This document shows, in pieces, positions 40,082-48,478 of a stretch of DNA of 64,000 nucleotides. Numbering within the stretch: the stretch's first letter is position 1; the number at the start of each line of letters is the position of its first letter. The stretch is from Clostridiales bacterium (lineage in GTDB: Bacteria > Bacillota > Clostridia > Monoglobales > Monoglobaceae), in contig JAEDLZ010000001.1 in assembly GCA_016303265.1 (NCBI GenBank), forward strand, positions 983 to 64,982, in the 5' to 3' direction. A program made the translations under genes and the position numbers. The notes under the pieces were generated by a model that saw only the letters and a list, made by a program, of their open reading frames with translations, ran no database searches and was not told the origin of the DNA.

Positions 40082-41066
40082 AGAATATCTGCCGCAGTGT
40101 ATTGAGAGTATTCTCGCTCAAACACATAAGAATTTTGAACTGATTTTGGTAGATGATGGCTCACCTGATAATTGCCCCTGGATTTGCGATGAGTATGCGG
40201 AAAAAGATAGCAGAATAAAGGTTATTCATAAAAAGAACGGTGGATCTGTCAGTGCAAGAAAAGCCGGACTCAAAGCTGCACAGGGGGAATATATCTGCTT
40301 TGTTGACGGAGACGATTTTGTTTCAAATGATATGCTTGAAACATATGAAAGGGAGCTTTGCCGGCAAAAGGTTGATGTGATTTGCACGGGGTATTCGTCC
40401 TACTGTGGCGAACACGAGATTACAGCGGTTTTGCAGCCGGGGGCAAACAGGATTTACAACAAGAGTGAATTGCAGGAAGAAATATATCTTAAAATGCTTT
40501 CGAAAAAACCGTTCTATTCATTTTACATTTTTCCCACCGTTTGGTCAAAATGCTTTAGAAAAGCAGTTGTTGAAAAGGCATGCGAAGACATTCCGGATGA
40601 AATATCTCTCGGTGATGATGTGGCAGTCACCTATCCTGTGCTCTTAGAAGCCGAGTCGGTTAGCGTCATAAATTATACCGGATATATGTATCGGCAAAAT
40701 CTTAATTCGATGACGCATACACATGATAAAAATTTGTACGAAAAAATCAGAAATCTTATTGTATATCTAAAATCGATTGAAAAGAAAACCGGATGGCAGG
40801 CAGGAAATCAAATCAATGAATACGCAGTTTATCTTTTGATTTTGGCTAAGGACAATGAATTTAAGTACAATAAAAAGGAATCGTATCGCAATAAAAAAAG
40901 AAATATGCAGAAGTACCTAAACGATCCTTTGTTTAAGGAAATCCTCCGAAATGTGAGGATAGAAGGATGGAAAAATAAATTCATAGTATTCTGTTTCAAA
41001 ACACAGTTGCTCATGCCGATAAATGTGTATGAAGCAATTTTGCAAAAGGGAGAAAACAATGACTAA
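40047..41066 (+). CDS. family 2 glycosyltransferase
   Basis: MYSVIVPIYRVEEYLPQCIESILAQTHKNFELILVDDGSPD..FVDGDD. Confidence 0.9.
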   Translation: MYSVIVPIYRVEEYLPQCIESILAQTHKNFELILVDDGSPDNCPWICDEYAEKDSRIKVIHKKNGGSVSARKAGLKAAQGEYICFVDGDDFVSNDMLETYERELCRQKVDVICTGYSSYCGEHEITAVLQPGANRIYNKSELQEEIYLKMLSKKPFYSFYIFPTVWSKCFRKAVVEKACEDIPDEISLGDDVAVTYPVLLEAESVSVINYTGYMYRQNLNSMTHTHDKNLYEKIRNLIVYLKSIEKKTGWQAGNQINEYAVYLLILAKDNEFKYNKKESYRNKKRNMQKYLNDPLFKEILRNVRIEGWKNKFIVFCFKTQLLMPINVYEAILQKGENND

Positions 41067-42570
41067 CAGCCGCACAAAAAACGCAATGCTCAATATTGTA
41101 TTTTCGCTTATATTGCAAATTGTAATATTTGTGAAAGGTCTGATATTGCCGAGAATAATTATACCCGCATACGGCTCGGATGTTAACGGATTGATCTCGT
41201 CGATCACTCAATTTTTGACCTATATTTCTTTGCTGGAGGCGGGCGTTGGCAGCATATTCAGGGCATCGCTTTATAAGCCGCTTTCAAGGGGTGATATGGA
41301 CGGCGTTTCGGGCATAATAAATGAGCAAAAACGCTTTTACCGAAAAATAGGCGTGATATTTGTTTTTTATGTGGTCGCGTTGTGCGTATTCTATCCGTTA
41401 ATTGCAAAAACAGATATATCCAAGCCGTATATCGTTTCCTTAATTTTGATCTTGAGCGTAAGCACTTTTGCGGAATATTTCGTTTCCCTGCCGTATTCAT
41501 CACTGCTTTCCGCCGATCAAAAAATAAGGATAAGCTACATAGTCAGCATAATATACACCATCACCAATATTATCGTATCGCTCTTTTGGGTAAGTCTTAA
41601 AGCCGATATTCGTTTGATTTATTTGTCGATGTGTGTAATTGGATTGTTGCGTCCTCTGTTTTATACATTGTATGTAAAAAAACATTATAAATTGAAAAAG
41701 AAAGCAAAACCGGATAAGACCGCATTAAATCAGCGCTGGAACGGTATGGTGCACCATTTTGCGTATTATATACATACAAATACGGATGTCGCTGTTCTGA
41801 CGGTTTTTATCGGAACCGCAATGGTATCTGTGTATAATGTGTATGGAGCAATTATTTTTGGTATAGAAAAAATAATTACCTCTATCTCAACAGGTGCTGC
41901 TGCGGGTTTGGGAAATCTTATTGAGTTGAATGACAAGGAACAGATCAACAAAACCGTTAATCAATTTGAACTGATACAAGGTGGCCTTGCAACAGTGCTA
42001 TACACCATAACGGCGCTTTTGCTGATACCCTTTATAAGAATTTATACTTCGGATATGACGGATATAAACTATATACAACCCACTTTCGGTTATGTTCTCA
42101 TCGTTGCAGAAGTAATATATTGTTTCCGTTGTATTTACAGTACCGTGTCAACCAATGCAAATAAGTTCAGGGAAACACAATTAGGCGCTATTCTTGAATG
42201 CGTTGTAAATCTCGTTGTTTCTTTGGTCTTAGTGATAGTTTTCAAGAGAGGGTTATTGGGTGTTGCTATCGGTACGGTTGTCGGTATGTTGGTAAGGTGT
42301 GATTTTGAGGTGATATTCCTTTCAAAAAATGTGATACATAGACCGATAGGCAAGGCGGTGAAAATGTTTCTTGTAAGTTTATCCGTGTCGGTAATATCGA
42401 TTGCCTTTTGCAGTTTCATAATAAACTACACTTCGATAGATACATTAGCCATGTGGATTTTGTATGCTATTATTACAGCCCTAATAGTTGGAATAATGGC
42501 TCTAATGCTATATTCAATTTTTTACAAAGAAATTATTAAATTACTTATTAGGCGTTTGAGAGGAAGATAA
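41059..42570 (+). CDS. polysaccharide flippase (Wzx, MOP superfamily)
   Basis: About 12-14 TM segments. Start set to ATG 41059 (MTNSRTKNAMLNIVFS..) behind SD gggag. Confidence 0.75.
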   Translation: MTNSRTKNAMLNIVFSLILQIVIFVKGLILPRIIIPAYGSDVNGLISSITQFLTYISLLEAGVGSIFRASLYKPLSRGDMDGVSGIINEQKRFYRKIGVIFVFYVVALCVFYPLIAKTDISKPYIVSLILILSVSTFAEYFVSLPYSSLLSADQKIRISYIVSIIYTITNIIVSLFWVSLKADIRLIYLSMCVIGLLRPLFYTLYVKKHYKLKKKAKPDKTALNQRWNGMVHHFAYYIHTNTDVAVLTVFIGTAMVSVYNVYGAIIFGIEKIITSISTGAAAGLGNLIELNDKEQINKTVNQFELIQGGLATVLYTITALLLIPFIRIYTSDMTDINYIQPTFGYVLIVAEVIYCFRCIYSTVSTNANKFRETQLGAILECVVNLVVSLVLVIVFKRGLLGVAIGTVVGMLVRCDFEVIFLSKNVIHRPIGKAVKMFLVSLSVSVISIAFCSFIINYTSIDTLAMWILYAIITALIVGIMALMLYSIFYKEIIKLLIRRLRGR

Positions 42571-42574
42571 TTTA

Positions 42575-43378
42575 ATGAAAGAGATTTGTCTTGAGGAACT
42601 AAAAAAGATTGAACTTGATATATTGGTGTATATAGATCAAGTTTGCAAGAAAAACAATTTAAGATATTTTTTATGTGGCGGCACTCTTTTAGGAGCAATT
42701 CGGCACAAAGGCTTTATTCCGTGGGATGATGATATTGATATTTGTATGCCGCGACCGGATTATGACAGATTGATTGCTATATTAGAGCATACCGATAACA
42801 AATATAAGATTTTATTTCCGGAACAAGAAAAGTATTATTATAATTTTTCCAAGATTGTTGATAGTGAAACCAAGCTTTATGAATACAATTATCAACCTAT
42901 TGACAATATGGGAGTTTATGTTGATGTTTTTCCGTTGGAGGGGATACCAATGGGAGATGCCGCTTGTGAAGAACATTTTAATAAGCTTAACAAATTGAGA
43001 AAAAGAATAAATAGTTTTTCTATGCTTAAACCGAAGATTAGGAAAAACTTAATTGAGTATGTAAAAAGTGTCAATTTATATAAGAAGAACAAAAAATCGA
43101 GTTTATCAAAATTCCAGAAAGAATATGAGCAGCTTGCAAAACAATATGATTATGATGACTCTGAATGCGTTTATGCAACGGGCGGTGCTTATGGGAAAAA
43201 AGATATTTTTTTGAAAGAGCTATTTGCAAATACTGTTGATGTTGAATTTGAAGGAATGAAATTTTCCGCACCTGAAGATTATAACGCATACCTAAAACAG
43301 TTATATGGTAACTATATGCAGTTACCTCCGATTGAAAAAAGAATATCGCATCATAATTTTAAGGCAACATATCGATAA
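42575..43378 (+). CDS. LicD-family phosphotransferase
   Basis: LDILVYIDQVCKKNNLRYFLCGGTLLGAIRHKGFIPWDDDIDICMPR. Confidence 0.85.
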   Translation: MKEICLEELKKIELDILVYIDQVCKKNNLRYFLCGGTLLGAIRHKGFIPWDDDIDICMPRPDYDRLIAILEHTDNKYKILFPEQEKYYYNFSKIVDSETKLYEYNYQPIDNMGVYVDVFPLEGIPMGDAACEEHFNKLNKLRKRINSFSMLKPKIRKNLIEYVKSVNLYKKNKKSSLSKFQKEYEQLAKQYDYDDSECVYATGGAYGKKDIFLKELFANTVDVEFEGMKFSAPEDYNAYLKQLYGNYMQLPPIEKRISHHNFKATYR

Positions 43379-43396
43379 AAGGAAAGAGGTAAAAAG

Positions 43397-44107
43397 ATGG
43401 TTTTTGGCGGCATTTTGGCGGGTGGTATTGGATCAAGAATGGAATCTGCAACCATACCGAAACAATTTCTTGAGGTTGATGGTGTGCCCATTTTTATCAG
43501 AACATTAAGAACATTTTTGCGTGTTAATCAAATTGATATGATTATTGTTTCAATCAATGCTGATTGGAAGGAAACATATGATAATATGCTGGAGGAGTAC
43601 GGAATTGATAAAACCAGGGTAGTTTTAACTCCCGGCGGAGAAACGCGTTTTGGTTCGTTGGTAAATGTTGTTAAGAAAGCAAGGGAATTGGTCAATGGAG
43701 AAAATGCGCTGATTGTGACTCATGATTGCGCAAGACTATTTGTTTCGCCAAGAATAATTGAAGATAATATAAAAATGGCAAAGGAATATGATATGGTGAC
43801 CACTGCAATGCCAACGATAGACACAATGTTGTTTAGTGATGATGGAATCAGCAGCTCTCAAGTTCCCGATAGGACAAAATTGTGGAATGACCAAGGACCG
43901 CAGTCTTTTGAAGTCAATAAGTTTTTGAAATATGTCAGCATGATAAAGCCGGAGGATATGTCGAATTATATTGAGGCAGGAAAAGTATATCTTTCACACA
44001 ATTGTAAAATAGGACTTGTTAAAGGTGAAAGATTTAACTTTAAAATCACAAATGACATTGACATCAAGTATGCAGAATTTTTATTGAGAGAGGGATTTGT
44101 TAAATGA
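43397..44107 (+). CDS. IspD/TarI-family cytidylyltransferase
   Basis: MVFGGILAGGIGSRMESATIPKQFLEVDGVPIFIRT.. (GxGxR P-loop-like motif of IspD/TarI). Confidence 0.85.
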   Translation: MVFGGILAGGIGSRMESATIPKQFLEVDGVPIFIRTLRTFLRVNQIDMIIVSINADWKETYDNMLEEYGIDKTRVVLTPGGETRFGSLVNVVKKARELVNGENALIVTHDCARLFVSPRIIEDNIKMAKEYDMVTTAMPTIDTMLFSDDGISSSQVPDRTKLWNDQGPQSFEVNKFLKYVSMIKPEDMSNYIEAGKVYLSHNCKIGLVKGERFNFKITNDIDIKYAEFLLREGFVK

Positions 44108-45150
44108 AGATTATATGTGTGGGTGATGCTTATGTGACTTTAGATATGCTGAAAAATGGTGTTGAACCCTATATTAAACATGATGATGAAATAAAGTATT
44201 TCTTTTTCGGTGAGGAAAATCGTGTCGATATGCGCGATACCGTTAAAGCCATAGAGGCGATGAAATGTGATGAAATTGCTATACCGAATGAGTTGTATCA
44301 AGAAATAACCGACGCGGACTTATTGATTGTTCATTTATGTCCTGTCACAAAAGCATTGCTAAAATGTGCCAAAAAGCTAAAAGCCATTATGTCTTGCCGT
44401 GGGGGCAATGAAAATATCGATGTTCAATTTGCAACCGAAATGGGAATTATTGTATCAACAAATCCGGCGCATAATGCTAATGCAGTAGCCGAATATACGG
44501 TAGGATTGATTTTGTGTGAAACAAGGAATATATCAAGAGCAGATAGAAGTTTAAAGAATGGTATCTGGAGAGAAAAATATCCTAATACTGTATCCACTAT
44601 TTTGGAAATAAAAGACTTAACGATAGGAATTATTGGTTTTGGTTCTGTTGGCAGATTGGTTGCTGAAAAGCTATCTGTGTTTGGATGTGAAATATTGATT
44701 TGCGATCCTTATATTAGCGAAAGTGCCTATGATTTTATCAACTTTAGGTTTGTAGATATGGATACACTTTTATCAAAATCGGATGTTATTACACTTCATG
44801 CTCGTTCTAAAACATCAATTATTGGAAAAGAAGAATTTTTGAAAATGAAGAGTACATCTTATCTGATAAATACAGCGAGGTCTGTTTTGGTAGATTCAGA
44901 TGCATTGTTTGAGGCTTTGGACAAGCATATGATAATGGGAGCAGCAATTGATGTTTTTGAAACAGAGCCGGTTATTCCTGAAAAGTATAAACAATATGAC
45001 AACATTACTATTACAAATCATAGGGGTGGCGACACAATAAACTCTTATAAGGATGCTCCGACTTTTGCTATTCAAAATTATTTTGAATATTTATCCGGCG
45101 GCAGATTGCGTTTTTGGGTAAATAAAAAAGAATTGGCAGGAAAGTTATGA
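44104..45150 (+). CDS. D-isomer-specific 2-hydroxyacid dehydrogenase family protein
   Basis: NAD motif IGIIGFGSVGRLVAEK, ..LINTARS.., AAIDVFETEP, ..NHRGG... ATGA overlap with the cytidylyltransferase gene. Confidence 0.85.
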   Translation: MKIICVGDAYVTLDMLKNGVEPYIKHDDEIKYFFFGEENRVDMRDTVKAIEAMKCDEIAIPNELYQEITDADLLIVHLCPVTKALLKCAKKLKAIMSCRGGNENIDVQFATEMGIIVSTNPAHNANAVAEYTVGLILCETRNISRADRSLKNGIWREKYPNTVSTILEIKDLTIGIIGFGSVGRLVAEKLSVFGCEILICDPYISESAYDFINFRFVDMDTLLSKSDVITLHARSKTSIIGKEEFLKMKSTSYLINTARSVLVDSDALFEALDKHMIMGAAIDVFETEPVIPEKYKQYDNITITNHRGGDTINSYKDAPTFAIQNYFEYLSGGRLRFWVNKKELAGKL

Positions 45151-45366
45151 TGTCTTGCTAATGTAAAAATCGGATAGCTATTAAAAACAGTCTGGGGTCA
45201 ATAACCAATATCTCAAACAGATTCTATAAGTTCATGTGAAAAAATGAATACCGGTTTTATGAATCCAAAGAATCGTGTGATTGAGGTCTGGAACTTAAGA
45301 GGTATTGATACATGCTGTTGAATTTTTGAAAGAATTATTCTAAATTGCTTGGATGGTGATAAGTGC

Positions 45367-45910
45367 ATGAAAATCAAATTATTTTTGAAAAAATGTTGCA
45401 GAAAAATTCGGGGGGGGTCATCTCTCCATATCAGAATTGCGTTTGAGTGGTGTAATTATAGGCGAGAACTGCCATATATACGGTTCTGTGGATAATGGAC
45501 ATGGATTTTTGGTTTCTATGGGTGATAATGTTACTCTTGCAAGCGGCTGCAAACTCTTGACTCATGACGGTTCAACAAAAAAGATATTGGGTTACAGCAA
45601 AGTCGGAAGAATAGATATTGGCAGCGATGTTTTTATCGGCGCGGCAAGTATTGTTCTTCCAAATGTGAAAATCGGCAGTAAAGTGATTGTCGGTGCAGGA
45701 AGCGTCGTAACAAAGGACATTCCGGATAATTCTGTTGCAGTTGGAAATCCTGCACAGATTATTGGCACATATGATGCCTATGTGAATAAAACAAAGATAC
45801 AATTTGAAACTTTGCCGATATGGAATACTCACTATTCCTTAAAATCCGATGATGAAAAACGGCAAATGCGGGAAGCCTTGCTCGAAAGCGGGTATGGATT
45901 TGATTTATAG
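45367..45910 (+). CDS. hexapeptide-repeat O-acetyltransferase, frameshifted at a G8 tract (OFF frame as sequenced)
   Basis: ATG 45367 opens MKIKLFLKKCCRKIRGG, then G8 (45410-45417). The body (LRLSGVIIGENCHIYG..IGSKVIVGAGSVVTKDIPDNSVAVGNPA) is in the +1 frame (track ORF 45437-45910). Confidence 0.75.
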
Positions 45911-45999
45911 AAAACGATGAAACCAAAACAGTAATGTTTGCATACCCTGCAGGAGTTAAGACGGGTATGCACAAGGGCGTCGGAAGAGAATAAAAAATA

Positions 46000-47169
46000 A
46001 TGAGGAATGGGCAAATGAATAAAACACAAAACGATTTTATCGTTCTATTAAAAAATGCGCTGTCACAAGAAAATAATCCGGTAAGTGACATTAACTATGA
46101 AAGCGTGGGAGCAGTTGCGGTGAATCAATTGTGCTTGCCGTTGGTGTGTGACGGGACAAGGCGATGCGGCGCCAATGTTCCTGAGTCGTGGAAGCAACAT
46201 AGTGTATATGTTGCAGCAAACAATTATAAAAATCTAAGCGTTCAAGATAAGTTATTGAAAATACTAAATGAAAACAACATAAAATGTGCTGTTTTAAAAG
46301 GGATAACCGTTTCAAAATATTACCCCGAACCATTATACAGACCTTTGGGAGATATTGACATTCTTGTTGAACCGGATAAATACGATATGGCAATAAATAT
46401 TTTAACAGGCTCTGCCGAAAGAGATAGTGAAAGGTTAAAACATAAATTTCATTATGGATTTGTATTTGAAAATGTAAGCGTTGAAATACATAAGTATATA
46501 ACCGAATATACAGATGATGAGCGTGGCGAATTATTAAAAAAATATTTTAGCAATGCTTTGGAAACGGTCACATTAGGTGAGTACGACAATTTTATTTTCC
46601 CTATGCTAAACACTAAATTTCAGGTACTTGCTGTAGTTTCTCATATACAAAGGCATTTCGGGGAACGCAGAGCCAATATACGGATGTTGTGTGATTTGGG
46701 TATGGTTGTTCAAAATATTGCAAGTGAGCAGTGGAGCAATGAAATTTATCCTGTATTAAAAGAAGTAGGATTAGACCGATTTACAGATGCATTATTGTCT
46801 GTTTGCGATAAACATTTGGGCTTGGATTTTAAAAATAAATTGGGGCAGCCGATTGATGAAAATATCACAGAAGATTTGCTTGAGGAGTTTTTGTGTGATG
46901 GCATCAAACCTGAATATACAGATATAAACGGACTTAACACTCTTGAAAAGATTAAAAATATATTTATTACAATATATGAAATTGTGAAACGAGATTTTAA
47001 AATTACGGAAAAATATCCGGTATTATTTCCTTTATTTTTCTTATATATTCCGCTTCGTTCGGCGTTCAGGAAGATTACCGGACAGAGAAAAAATATTGAT
47101 GCTTTGGGATATTGTACTTCATATAGCAGAAGAAATGCCATAAGAAAAGAGCTGAATATTTTTGAATAG
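46000..47169 (+). CDS. uncharacterised nucleotidyltransferase-family protein (NTP_transf_5-like)
   Basis: 389 aa. ..YRPLGDIDILVEPDKYDMAINIL..HKFHYGF..VEIHKYI.. pattern as recalled for PF14907-type proteins. Confidence 0.6.
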   Translation: MRNGQMNKTQNDFIVLLKNALSQENNPVSDINYESVGAVAVNQLCLPLVCDGTRRCGANVPESWKQHSVYVAANNYKNLSVQDKLLKILNENNIKCAVLKGITVSKYYPEPLYRPLGDIDILVEPDKYDMAINILTGSAERDSERLKHKFHYGFVFENVSVEIHKYITEYTDDERGELLKKYFSNALETVTLGEYDNFIFPMLNTKFQVLAVVSHIQRHFGERRANIRMLCDLGMVVQNIASEQWSNEIYPVLKEVGLDRFTDALLSVCDKHLGLDFKNKLGQPIDENITEDLLEEFLCDGIKPEYTDINGLNTLEKIKNIFITIYEIVKRDFKITEKYPVLFPLFFLYIPLRSAFRKITGQRKNIDALGYCTSYSRRNAIRKELNIFE

Positions 47170-47278
47170 GTTATATATAAGTGACAGTAATTATAATTTT
47201 ATAAAACATCTATATTTGTGAAAATTTTCCGTTTTATGTTGTTGAAAGCGAGAAATACAAATAAAAAATATGTTCGTT

Positions 47279-47314
47279 AAGGTGATTGGCGGTGGCCGAT
47301 CGCCTTGTTTTTTT
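47279..47314 (+). terminator. strong rho-independent terminator ending the polysaccharide operon
   Basis: aaggtgattggc-ggtg-gccgatcgcctt (12 bp including 2 G-U pairs) followed by gttttttt. Confidence 0.75.
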
Positions 47315-47532
47315 ACGAAGGTTCAAGGATTGATTAAAAATAATAATGAGTGTTTTTACAGACATATTTGCCGGGGCAATTTTTCTGCCGCATATAACCT
47401 TATTCGCCTCTGCCAACAGCGGATTTGCCATGCGGTAGGAGTGATTATATTGCTGTAAAAACAGTGTAAAAGCCGGGCGGTTATGCCACCCTTTGTACCG
47501 GTTTATATAAACCGGGAGATGAGGTGGTTGTT

Positions 47533-47607
47533 ATGAAAACATACATAATCAGAATTATATTCTTGGTAATTGTGTTTTTAATAACATTTACGATAAAAGT
47601 AAAATAA
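47533..47607 (+). CDS. 24-aa hydrophobic peptide, candidate type I toxin
   Basis: SD gaggtgg 5 nt before the ATG: MKTYIIRIIFLVIVFLITFTIKVK*. One TM helix with basic ends. The stop lies inside a hairpin shared with a convergent transcript. Confidence 0.3.
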   Translation: MKTYIIRIIFLVIVFLITFTIKVK

Positions 47608-47639
47608 CCGCCCTCCTCGTCAAAAGATAGCGGTTATTT
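47602..47639. terminator. bidirectional hairpin shared by the peptide mRNA and the antisense RNA
   Basis: aaataaccgc-18 nt-gcggttattt. The minus-strand reading is followed by tacttttat. Confidence 0.45.
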
Positions 47640-47696
47640 TACAATAATCTAAAACTTTTGGCATAACCGTTTGAGGTCTTGCCTTTTTCTGTTATC

Positions 47697-47724
47697 ATTA
47701 TACACCTCATCTGCAAATTGTCAA
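47697..47724 (-). promoter_or_regulatory. near-consensus sigmaA promoter firing toward the peptide ORF (candidate antitoxin RNA)
   Basis: Minus strand TTGACA, 16 nt, TATAAT. Predicted ~95-nt RNA ending at the 47602-47639 hairpin. Confidence 0.45.
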
Positions 47725-47779
47725 TCGCTTTGAGAAAATTTGTGCAATTTAAGCTTAGAAAATACGGATAAAGCGGCAA

Positions 47780-47808
47780 TGGACAAAGTGGAGATTTTGT
47801 GGTATAAT
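47780..47808 (+). promoter_or_regulatory. sigmaA-type promoter of yjdF leader
   Basis: TGGACA, 17 nt, TATAAT with TGn (tggtataat). Gives a ~200-nt leader. Confidence 0.5.
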
Positions 47809-47910
47809 ATCCGTAAGACAAATCGGAAGTTGCCGATTAAAAAGTTAATCGTGCCATATGGCTTGATTATAAATACAAAGATAAAAACGCAATGCGCATT
47901 TAAAAAGTGC

Positions 47911-48008
47911 GTTAGAGCTGGTAGGTAGCCCAGCCGTCCTATTTCAAATAGGGTAAGTAACCTGCCCCTCCGGGTTGTCCGTTCTTTGTTCAACAAATAT
48001 TTAGGAGG
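47911..48008 (+). promoter_or_regulatory. candidate yjdF-type riboswitch / structured leader
   Basis: GC-rich nested helices (gctgg..ccagc, cctattt..aaatagg, cccctccggg) ending at the SD of a YjdF-family gene, the only known context of the yjdF motif. I could not recall the consensus well enough to align it. Confidence 0.4.
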
Positions 48009-48015
48009 GATTCTT

Positions 48016-48432
48016 ATGGACAAGATAAGTGGAAAACTGACAGTATTTTTTGAAGAACCTTTTTGGGTAGGCGTATTTGAACATATCGAAGATGGCAAAT
48101 TATCCGTGGCTAAGGTGACATTTGGTGCAGAGCCAAAAGATTGTGAAGTGCAGGAGTATATTCAAAAATATTATTTCAGTTTGAAATTCAGTCCGGCTGT
48201 TGATACTGTTGTAAAGGATAAAAAAAGAAATCCGAAAAGGATGCAGCGTGAGGCGAAAAGGCAGATGCAGGAAACAGGCATCGGGACAAAATCGCAACAG
48301 GCATTGAAATTACAGCAAGAACAGAACAAGCAGGAGCGTAAAGCGAAAAGCCGTAGAAAAAGAGAAACGGATGCACTGCGAATGTTTGAACTAAAACAGC
48401 AAAAGAAGAGAGAGAAGCATAAGGGGCATTAA
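48016..48432 (+). CDS. yjdF: YjdF family protein (DUF2992)
   Basis: MDKISGKLTVFFEEPFWVGVFEHIEDGKLSVAKVTFGAEP.. plus a K/R/E/Q-rich tail. Start set to ATG 48016 behind SD aggagg. Confidence 0.8.
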   Translation: MDKISGKLTVFFEEPFWVGVFEHIEDGKLSVAKVTFGAEPKDCEVQEYIQKYYFSLKFSPAVDTVVKDKKRNPKRMQREAKRQMQETGIGTKSQQALKLQQEQNKQERKAKSRRKRETDALRMFELKQQKKREKHKGH

Positions 48433-48478
48433 AGTCCCTTGGCTTTTGCTCAAATCGGAATTTGCCGAGGTGAGAGTA

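Noticed and set aside
47234-47458. Overlapping ORFs 47234-47431 (-) and 47270-47458 (+).
   Set aside because: Both run across the strong operon terminator at 47279-47314 and have no SD or recognisable family.
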